Below are positions 1 through 8,500 of a DNA stretch of 9,233 nucleotides, in pieces. The notes under the pieces were generated by a model, which made no database searches, was not told the DNA's origin, and saw nothing but the letters and a program-made list of their open reading frames with translations. The DNA is taken from NCBI GenBank assembly GCA_000002435.2, contig AACB03000014.1; one strand, written 5' to 3'. Both the position numbers and the translations under genes were made by a program. This stretch comes from Giardia intestinalis. Its lineage: Eukaryota. Each line of letters opens with the position of its first letter. Positions within the stretch are counted from its first letter, which is position 1.

Positions 1-1
1 T

Positions 2-1386
2 GGGTTTGGGTGGATAGCTGCAATACGGTCTCCACGCCAGAAGGTTGCTTTTTCGATCGAGATGGTGGATATTATTTCTAATATCCAGGGGCCTATTTCG
101 TTAGACATAATCCACAAGGAGACGATGTCGTCGGTCTATCAAACTCCTCTTAAGGTGTTCCAGCGTGATGATGTTTATCCCTGTAGCAGAAAAGTCTCCA
201 AGACGCTTTCTCCTGGCGAATATATTGCCAGGCTCGTAGACATTCCACGGGCATCATTCACGAGGAGTCTACAATTACGGTGGTTCCGCGAAACACTGCG
301 CAATTTGGTGAATTTTCTCCCGAAGATCTGGCTAAGCACAAACATTTCCCTAGACAATGTGGATGTCACTATGACTTTGAAGATGACATGCGACACTGAA
401 GGATTCTTCCATTTCACGCAGATAAGGCGTACGGATCCTACTGTTCGCGTGAAGAGGGTTCTACGTGAACAGCCAATCCAAAATGGACCGAAGAAATAGA
501 GGCACAGGAAGCAGAGAGGGAGAAGGCCGCAGAAGCACAGTACGCGATGAACTGGCTCAGCATGAGGCAAAGCTGAAGGAACTAAACGAGGCACTTTCTA
601 ACCGCTGCAGACGCCAATAAGGACGCACTAACAAAGGACATAGCCGATCACAAGGCAAAGGCGCCGAAGAAGCAGATCGTCGTCCGCACGCCAAAGATGG
701 TTCAAGTGTCCGTTGAGGAGAAAGACTTAACTACAGAGATCACCAATGTTGATCGCAAGGTCCTTATAAATATCGGTGAAACGGCAGATCTGGCTAAGCA
801 GCTTGAGGACTTCGAGAAGTGTTGCAAGGAGGTCGACCGCAAGGCTCTCCGCTAATGAGCACGCCCGCAATACTTTTGAGTCCCTTGTCTACGATACAAG
901 AAATATATGGATTGGGGGAAGTTCGCTGAGTTTACGACTGAGGAAGACAAGAGGAAGATTATTCCTCATCTTGACGAGCACAGCGCTTTCATTAGCAGCA
1001 TCGAAGGGCCTCACCAGACCGCTGAGATCGAAGAGCGCATTCAGAGGCTCGAAAACGAAATCCGCTTCCTTCATGAGCGTAAGGAGTCCCATGATTCAGC
1101 CGACCTTCGCTTGATGAGCTTGCGCAGCAGTGTAGACTCTCTTTTAGAGAGATGGCCAGCAAATGGTGTTAATAATGAAGCTCGGGACAGGCTAACAGCA
1201 TTCTATGCAGAATGTGAGAAAGCTGTTCGACAAGCGTCTAAGCACGAGCTCGCCCCACTAACTCTTTTTGAGGATGCGGATCGACGTCTTGCAGACTTTG
1301 AAAAGGCTCTCCAGGCTAAGGCGGAGCCCGCAAAGTCCGATAATACATCTGATGCAGCTCCAAAAGAGGCTGACAAAAGTAAATGA
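2..1386 (+). CDS. Hsp70-superfamily (Hsp110/Sse1-like) chaperone, C-terminal substrate-binding beta domain plus helical lid. 5'-partial (open from the window edge), with 3-5 frame breaks between about 497 and 915; possible pseudogene
   Basis: Frame 2 is open from nt 2 to the TAG at 497-499. Its translation reads ...AAIRSPRQKVAFSIEMVDIISNIQGPISL..., which parallels Hsp110 ...AILSPAFKVREFSV...PFPISL... Further downstream, ...SANEHARNTFESLVYDTRNI (frame 2, about 846-910) matches the Hsp70/Hsp110 lid motif ...DAKNAVEEYVYEMRDKL. Then GKFAEFTTEEDKRKIIPHLDEHSAF...PHQTAEIEERIQRLENEI (frame 1, 917-1386) parallels Hsp70 ...[22 protein letters not shown]...NQTAEKEEFEHQQKELE. The continuation switches frame near 497, about 545, about 598, about 850 and about 910. 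Stop is TGA at 1384-1386. Similarity is from memory of family consensus, not a database search. Confidence 0.6.
1378..1384 (+). promoter_or_regulatory. AGTAAAT, matching the Giardia-type polyadenylation signal AGTRAAY, overlapping the chaperone stop codon
   Basis: The sequence ...gac aaa AGT AAA TGA... places the heptamer over the last sense codons and the stop. This is the position at which diplomonad poly(A) signals usually sit. Inference from a known motif. Confidence 0.4.
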
Positions 1387-1398
1387 TTGTTATCCTAC

Positions 1399-1656
1399 CT
1401 ATTTACTCATAGGAGGCTCTTTGGGCGCTATTGTGTGTACCATTGCGATTGTATCTGCACGGACAAGCACAACAGGAAGAGAAGTTGGGTCAGAACCAGG
1501 AATCTCGAGAGTGGCGTCTTGGAGGACCACATTAAAGAATTCGTCCAGTCCGACACAAGTGCCGGTGAGGACGCCGCTATGGGGGTCTACCGGCCAAAGT
1601 GTGACACGGGAGTTTGCACGGGCGAAGGCGCAGAGTTCGAGAGCAGGAGAAGGCAT
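1399..1656 (-). CDS. Sm/LSm-fold small protein (LSm5-like), 85 aa
   Basis: The translation PALELCAFARANSRVTLWPVDPHSGVLTGTCVGLDEFFNVVLQDATLEIPGSDPTSLPVVLVRADTIAMVHTI carries the Sm1 motif (G.L.GFDEFMNLVL.DA.E) and the Sm2 motif (hhhRGxxIxxh). It is collinear with LSm5 (PLELVDKCIGSRIHIV...GTLLGFDDFVNMVLEDVTEFEITPEG...LDQILLNGNNITMLV). ATG is at 1656-1654 and is preceded on the minus strand by the AT-rich AAACTTACTTTTT. TAG is at 1401-1399. The size is typical of LSm proteins. Confidence 0.6.
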   Translation of the reverse strand: MPSPALELCAFARANSRVTLWPVDPHSGVLTGTCVGLDEFFNVVLQDATLEIPGSDPTSLPVVLVRADTIAMVHTIAPKEPPMSK

Positions 1657-1670
1657 AAAAAGTAAGTTTC
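1657..1670 (-). promoter_or_regulatory. Short AT-rich initiator-like element directly upstream of the LSm-like ATG
   Basis: The minus strand reads ...GTGAAACTTACTTTTT|ATG. Diplomonad promoters are typically short AT-rich tracts abutting the start codon. Weak, inferential. Confidence 0.25.
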
Positions 1671-1806
1671 ACTCCAGCATGCTTCTTTCACTCTGCGTTG
1701 GCCGGCCACGCAGTGAACTCATCATGATGTCTGCAGATCAGCAGCCCTCTAAACGTACTATAAGACCGTTGACATTAGTGATGCGTTTATTGCATAAGTA
1801 CATATC

Positions 1807-2265
1807 TTATGTCCTTCCTCTGCAGATGAACCACCAGTAAAGGAAACCGACCAAGACACTGACGATAAACATAATCACCGTTGCACTGACCGTAACTACT
1901 ACCATCTTCCTTCCGGTAAGAGTATTGACAGGAATGCAGACACCCTTGTCAAGAATTGTATCAGACTCGCACATGCACACCCCCTGGTTCGATGAGGCCC
2001 TGGCACCGCACCCCTCTGCACACGTCCGCTGATCTGTCTGGATGTTATGATTCGAGGCGGCACACAAGAGGCACCTACCCAACTCATCGCAGGCAGCACA
2101 CCACGGCATGTCAGGGGGACACTCAGCTGCGGGCACACACTCGGATCTGTCCAGTGCCGGCAGGAGGCCCCGCTCGCACCAGCACCTCCGCACGCCGCCG
2201 GACACCTCTCCCACCACTTTGTCCCCGGTGCACTCCCCTAGGCACGACTGCCCGTCCAGGCTCAC
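1807..2265 (-). pseudogene. C-terminal fragment of a Giardia VSP-like cysteine-rich surface protein (Cys-rich ectodomain, TM helix, 5-aa tail CRGRT). The N-terminus is replaced or truncated by the 14-bp microsatellite
   Basis: The minus-strand translation ends ...[97 protein letters not shown]. It contains CxxC/CxC motifs, a hydrophobic helix of about 25 aa, and the motif GFLxWWFxCRGxx immediately before the stop, as in Giardia VSPs (canonical ...GFLCWWFVCRGKA). There is no signal peptide or start codon. Upstream, the frame reads through a 14-nt (non-triplet) repeat. Stop is TAA at 1809-1807. Confidence 0.6.
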
Positions 2266-2498
2266 GAGGACCCACCACAGAGGACCCACCACAGAGGACC
2301 CACCACAGAGGACCCACCACAGAGGACCCACCACAGAGGACCCACCACAGAGGACCCACCACAGAGGACCCACCACAGAGGACCCACCACAGAGGACCCA
2401 CCACAGAGGACCCACCACAGAGGACCCACCACAGAGGACCCACCACAGAGGACCCACCACAGAGGACCCACCACAGAGGACCCACCACAGAGGACCCA
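2266..2498. repeat. 14-bp tandem microsatellite (GAGGACCCACCACA)n, about 16.6 copies, perfect
   Basis: Direct reading gives unit starts at 2266 + 14k. The array degenerates at 2499 (...gaggacccaTTatgg). The period is not a multiple of 3, so the six-frame ORFs across it ([14 protein letters not shown] / [14 protein letters not shown] repeats) are artefacts. Confidence 0.97.
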
Positions 2499-2514
2499 TT
2501 ATGGAAGACAAAGT

Positions 2515-2586
2515 GGTCGGTGGGGGGCTCGAACCCCCGACCTTCAGCTTATCAGACTGACGCTCTACCGACTGAGCTAACCGACC
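2515..2586 (-). tRNA. tRNA-Ile(GAU): Complete tRNA gene with anticodon GAU (Ile), eukaryote cytosolic tRNA-Ile-like body
   Basis: The reverse complement is GGTCGGT TA GCTC AGTCGGTA GAGC G TCAGT CTGATAA GCTGA AGGTC GGGGG TTCGAGC CCCCC ACCGACC, 72 nt. It has a perfect 7-bp acceptor stem, D stem GCTC/GAGC with A14 G18 G19 A21, a 5-bp anticodon stem (one U-G), U33-GAU-A37, a 5-nt variable loop, and a 5-bp T stem with T loop TTCGAGC. A box is TAGCTCAGTCGG (positions 8-19). B box is GGTTCGAGCCC (positions 52-62). The discriminator A is at 2514. No CCA is encoded. The downstream T-run is weak (ACTTTGTCTT). Confidence 0.8.
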
Positions 2587-5500
2587 GCGGCCCCTCGCCG
2601 GACCCCCCGCCGGCCCAGCACCCGCCTTCAGCTTATCAGACTGACGCTCTACCGACTGAGCTAACCGACCGCGGCCCCTCGCCGGACCCCCCGCCGGCCC
2701 AGCACCCGCCTTCAGCTTATCAGACTGACGCTCTACCGACTGAGCTAACCGACCGCGGCCCCTCGCCGGACCCCCCGCCGGCCCAGCACCCGCCTTCAGC
2801 TTATCAGACTGACGCTCTACCGACTGAGCTAACCGACCGCGGCCCCTCGCCGGACCCCCCGCCGGCCCAGCACCCGCCTTCAGCTTATCAGACTGACGCT
2901 CTACCGACTGAGCTAACCGACCGCGGCCCCTCGCCGGACCCCCCGCCGGCCCAGCACCCGCCTTCAGCTTATCAGACTGACGCTCTACCGACTGAGCTAA
3001 CCGACCGCGGCCCCTCGCCGGACCCCCCGCCGGCCCAGCACCCGCCTTCAGCTTATCAGACTGACGCTCTACCGACTGAGCTAACCGACCGCGGCCCCTC
3101 GCCGGACCCCCCGCCGGCCCAGCACCCGCCTTCAGCTTATCAGACTGACGCTCTACCGACTGAGCTAACCGACCGCGGCCCCTCGCCGGACCCCCGCCGG
3201 CCCAGCACCCGCCTTCAGCTTATCAGACTGACGCTCTACCGACTGAGCTAACCGACCGCGGCCCCTCGCCGGACCCCCCGCCGGCCCAGCACCCGCCTTC
3301 AGCTTATCAGACTGACGCTCTACCGACTGAGCTAACCGACCGCGGCCCCTCGCCGGACCCCCCGCCGGCCCAGCACCCGCCTTCAGCTTATCAGACTGAC
3401 GCTCTACCGACTGAGCTAACCGACCGCGGCCCCTCGCCGGACCCCCCGCCGGCCCAGCACCCGCCTTCAGCTTATCAGACTGACGCTCTACCGACTGAGC
3501 TAACCGACCGCGGCCCCTCGCCGGACCCCCCGCCGGCCCAGCACCCGCCTTCAGCTTATCAGACTGACGCTCTACCGACTGAGCTAACCGACCGCGGCCC
3601 CTCGCCGGACCCCCCGCCGGCCCAGCACCCGCCTTCAGCTTATCAGACTGACGCTCTACCGACTGAGCTAACCGACCGCGGCCCCTCGCCGGACCCCCCG
3701 CCGGCCCAGCACCCGCCTTCAGCTTATCAGACTGACGCTCTACCGACTGAGCTAACCGACCGCGGCCCCTCGCCGGACCCCCCGCCGGCCCAGCACCCGC
3801 CTTCAGCTTATCAGACTGACGCTCTACCGACTGAGCTAACCGACCGCGGCCCCTCGCCGGACCCCCCGCCGGCCCAGCACCCGCCTTCAGCTTATCAGAC
3901 TGACGCTCTACCGACTGAGCTAACCGACCGCGGCCCCTCGCCGGACCCCCCGCCGGCCCAGCACCCGCCTTCAGCTTATCAGACTGACGCTCTACCGACT
4001 GAGCTAACCGACCGCGGCCCCTCGCCGGACCCCCCGCCGGCCCAGCACCCGCCTTCAGCTTATCAGACTGACGCTCTACCGACTGAGCTAACCGACCGCG
4101 GCCCCTCGCCGGACCCCCCGCCGGCCCAGCACCCGCCTTCAGCTTATCAGACTGACGCTCTACCGACTGAGCTAACCGACCGCGGCCCCTCGCCGGACCC
4201 CCCGCCGGCCCAGCACCCGCCTTCAGCTTATCAGACTGACGCTCTACCGACTGAGCTAACCGACCGCGGCCCCTCGCCGGACCCCCCGCCGGCCCAGCAC
4301 CCGCCTTCAGCTTATCAGACTGACGCTCTACCGACTGAGCTAACCGACCGCGGCCCCTCGCCGGACCCCCCGCCGGCCCAGCACCCGCCTTCAGCTTATC
4401 AGACTGACGCTCTACCGACTGAGCTAACCGACCGCGGCCCCTCGCCGGACCCCCCGCCGGCCCAGCACCCGCCTTCAGCTTATCAGACTGACGCTCTACC
4501 GACTGAGCTAACCGACCGCGGCCCCTCGCCGGACCCCCCGCCGGCCCAGCACCCGCCTTCAGCTTATCAGACTGACGCTCTACCGACTGAGCTAACCGAC
4601 CGCGGCCCCTCGCCGGACCCCCCGCCGGCCCAGCACCCGCCTTCAGCTTATCAGACTGACGCTCTACCGACTGAGCTAACCGACCGCGGCCCCTCGCCGG
4701 ACCCCCCGCCGGCCCAGCACCCGCCTTCAGCTTATCAGACTGACGCTCTACCGACTGAGCTAACCGACCGCGGCCCCTCGCCGGACCCCCCGCCGGCCCA
4801 GCACCCGCCTTCAGCTTATCAGACTGACGCTCTACCGACTGAGCTAACCGACCGCGGCCCCTCGCCGGACCCCCCGCCGGCCCAGCACCCGCCTTCAGCT
4901 TATCAGACTGACGCTCTACCGACTGAGCTAACCGACCGCGGCCCCTCGCCGGACCCCCCGCCGGCCCAGCACCCGCCTTCAGCTTATCAGACTGACGCTC
5001 TACCGACTGAGCTAACCGACCGCGGCCCCTCGCCGGACCCCCCGCCGGCCCAGCACCCGCCTTCAGCTTATCAGACTGACGCTCTACCGACTGAGCTAAC
5101 CGACCGCGGCCCCTCGCCGGACCCCCCGCCGGCCCAGCACCCGCCTTCAGCTTATCAGACTGACGCTCTACCGACTGAGCTAACCGACCGCGGCCCCTCG
5201 CCGGACCCCCCGCCGGCCCAGCACCCGCCTTCAGCTTATCAGACTGACGCTCTACCGACTGAGCTAACCGACCGCGGCCCCTCGCCGGACCCCCCGCCGG
5301 CCCAGCACCCGCCTTCAGCTTATCAGACTGACGCTCTACCGACTGAGCTAACCGACCGCGGCCCCTCGCCGGACCCCCCGCCGGCCCAGCACCCGCCTTC
5401 AGCTTATCAGACTGACGCTCTACCGACTGAGCTAACCGACCGCGGCCCCTCGCCGGACCCCCCGCCGGCCCAGCACCCGCCTTCAGCTTATCAGACTGAC

Positions 5501-8500
5501 GCTCTACCGACTGAGCTAACCGACCGCGGCCCCTCGCCGGACCCCCGCCGGCCCAGCACCCGCCTTCAGCTTATCAGACTGACGCTCTACCGACTGAGCT
5601 AACCGACCGCGGCCCCTCGCCGGACCCCCCGCCGGCCCAGCACCCGCCTTCAGCTTATCAGACTGACGCTCTACCGACTGAGCTAACCGACCGCGGCCCC
5701 TCGCCGGACCCCCCGCCGGCCCAGCACCCGCCTTCAGCTTATCAGACTGACGCTCTACCGACTGAGCTAACCGACCGCGGCCCCTCGCCGGACCCCCCGC
5801 CGGCCCAGCACCCGCCTTCAGCTTATCAGACTGACGCTCTACCGACTGAGCTAACCGACCGCGGCCCCTCGCCGGACCCCCCGCCGGCCCAGCACCCGCC
5901 TTCAGCTTATCAGACTGACGCTCTACCGACTGAGCTAACCGACCGCGGCCCCTCGCCGGACCCCCCGCCGGCCCAGCACCCGCCTTCAGCTTATCAGACT
6001 GACGCTCTACCGACTGAGCTAACCGACCGCGGCCCCTCGCCGGACCCCCCGCCGGCCCAGCACCCGCCTTCAGCTTATCAGACTGACGCTCTACCGACTG
6101 AGCTAACCGACCGCGGCCCCTCGCCGGACCCCCCGCCGGCCCAGCACCCGCCTTCAGCTTATCAGACTGACGCTCTACCGACTGAGCTAACCGACCGCGG
6201 CCCCTCGCCGGACCCCCCGCCGGCCCAGCACCCGCCTTCAGCTTATCAGACTGACGCTCTACCGACTGAGCTAACCGACCGCGGCCCCTCGCCGGACCCC
6301 CCGCCGGCCCAGCACCCGCCTTCAGCTTATCAGACTGACGCTCTACCGACTGAGCTAACCGACCGCGGCCCCTCGCCGGACCCCCCGCCGGCCCAGCACC
6401 CGCCTTCAGCTTATCAGACTGACGCTCTACCGACTGAGCTAACCGACCGCGGCCCCTCGCCGGACCCCCCGCCGGCCCAGCACCCGCCTTCAGCTTATCA
6501 GACTGACGCTCTACCGACTGAGCTAACCGACCGCGGCCCCTCGCCGGACCCCCCGCCGGCCCAGCACCCGCCTTCAGCTTATCAGACTGACGCTCTACCG
6601 ACTGAGCTAACCGACCGCGGCCCCTCGCCGGACCCCCCGCCGGCCCAGCACCCGCCTTCAGCTTATCAGACTGACGCTCTACCGACTGAGCTAACCGACC
6701 GCGGCCCCTCGCCGGACCCCCCGCCGGCCCAGCACCCGCCTTCAGCTTATCAGACTGACGCTCTACCGACTGAGCTAACCGACCGCGGCCCCTCGCCGGA
6801 CCCCCGCCGGCCCAGCACCCGCCTTCAGCTTATCAGACTGACGCTCTACCGACTGAGCTAACCGACCGCGGCCCCTCGCCGGACCCCCCGCCGGCCCAGC
6901 ACCCGCCTTCAGCTTATCAGACTGACGCTCTACCGACTGAGCTAACCGACCGCGGCCCCTCGCCGGACCCCCCGCCGGCCCAGCACCCGCCTTCAGCTTA
7001 TCAGACTGACGCTCTACCGACTGAGCTAACCGACCGCGGCCCCTCGCCGGACCCCCGCCGGCCCAGCACCCGCCTTCAGCTTATCAGACTGACGCTCTAC
7101 CGACTGAGCTAACCGACCGCGGCCCCTCGCCGGACCCCCCGCCGGCCCAGCACCCGCCTTCAGCTTATCAGACTGACGCTCTACCGACTGAGCTAACCGA
7201 CCGCGGCCCCTCGCCGGACCCCCCGCCGGCCCAGCACCCGCCTTCAGCTTATCAGACTGACGCTCTACCGACTGAGCTAACCGACCGCGGCCCCTCGCCG
7301 GACCCCCCGCCGGCCCAGCACCCGCCTTCAGCTTATCAGACTGACGCTCTACCGACTGAGCTAACCGACCGCGGCCCCTCGCCGGACCCCCCGCCGGCCC
7401 AGCACCCGCCTTCAGCTTATCAGACTGACGCTCTACCGACTGAGCTAACCGACCGCGGCCCCTCGCCGGACCCCCCGCCGGCCCAGCACCCGCCTTCAGC
7501 TTATCAGACTGACGCTCTACCGACTGAGCTAACCGACCGCGGCCCCTCGCCGGACCCCCCGCCGGCCCAGCACCCGCCTTCAGCTTATCAGACTGACGCT
7601 CTACCGACTGAGCTAACCGACCGCGGCCCCTCGCCGGACCCCCCGCCGGCCCAGCACCCGCCTTCAGCTTATCAGACTGACGCTCTACCGACTGAGCTAA
7701 CCGACCGCGGCCCCTCGCCGGACCCCCCGCCGGCCCAGCACCCGCCTTCAGCTTATCAGACTGACGCTCTACCGACTGAGCTAACCGACCGCGGCCCCTC
7801 GCCGGACCCCCCGCCGGCCCAGCACCCGCCTTCAGCTTATCAGACTGACGCTCTACCGACTGAGCTAACCGACCGCGGCCCCTCGCCGGACCCCCCGCCG
7901 GCCCAGCACCCGCCTTCAGCTTATCAGACTGACGCTCTACCGACTGAGCTAACCGACCGCGGCCCCTCGCCGGACCCCCCGCCGGCCCAGCACCCGCCTT
8001 CAGCTTATCAGACTGACGCTCTACCGACTGAGCTAACCGACCGCGGCCCCTCGCCGGACCCCCCGCCGGCCCAGCACCCGCCTTCAGCTTATCAGACTGA
8101 CGCTCTACCGACTGAGCTAACCGACCGCGGCCCCTCGCCGGACCCCCCGCCGGCCCAGCACCCGCCTTCAGCTTATCAGACTGACGCTCTACCGACTGAG
8201 CTAACCGACCGCGGCCCCTCGCCGGACCCCCCGCCGGCCCAGCACCCGCCTTCAGCTTATCAGACTGACGCTCTACCGACTGAGCTAACCGACCGCGGCC
8301 CCTCGCCGGACCCCCCGCCGGCCCAGCACCCGCCTTCAGCTTATCAGACTGACGCTCTACCGACTGAGCTAACCGACCGCGGCCCCTCGCCGGACCCCCC
8401 GCCGGCCCAGCACCCGCCTTCAGCTTATCAGACTGACGCTCTACCGACTGAGCTAACCGACCGCGGCCCCTCGCCGGACCCCCCGCCGGCCCAGCACCCG

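Noticed and set aside
175-1092. Minus-strand ORFs 175-594 (139 aa) and 889-1092 (67 aa)
   Set aside because: They are antisense to the recognisable Hsp70-superfamily coding sequence. They have no motifs. They are typical shadow ORFs.
1268-1840. + strand ORFs of 190 aa (1268-1840) and 92 aa (1387-1665, Cys-rich YCVYHCDCIC...)
   Set aside because: They overlap the convincingly Sm-fold minus-strand gene and the Hsp gene 3' end. They have no recognisable similarity. The 190-aa ORF starts inside the chaperone CDS in another frame.
2266-2498. Telomeric repeat (C-rich strand CCCACCACA resembles TG1-3/C1-3A type). Also TGGGTTTGGGTGG at 1-13.
   Set aside because: There is a strict 14-bp unit with an embedded GAGGA, it is internal to the contig, and it is flanked by genes. 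The expected Giardia telomere repeat (TAGGG) is absent. The G-rich 13-mer at the window start is in-frame coding sequence (GFGW) of the chaperone gene.
2515-2586. Organelle-derived (bacterial-type) tRNA-Ile(GAU) insertion
   Set aside because: D-loop, variable loop and T-arm pattern match eukaryotic cytosolic tRNA-Ile (close to tRNA-Ile-AAT architecture), not bacterial tRNA-Ile(GAU). The inferred host lineage has no organelle genome.
2587-2624. The 38-nt inter-tRNA segment as a degenerate T arm (unit = whole pseudo-tRNA + 12 nt)
   Set aside because: I aligned it against tRNA positions 47-72. Only CGGG matches. There is no complementary T stem (GGGGGG...GGGCC) and no acceptor 3' strand (ACCGACC). 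It is better explained as 5'-flank sequence.
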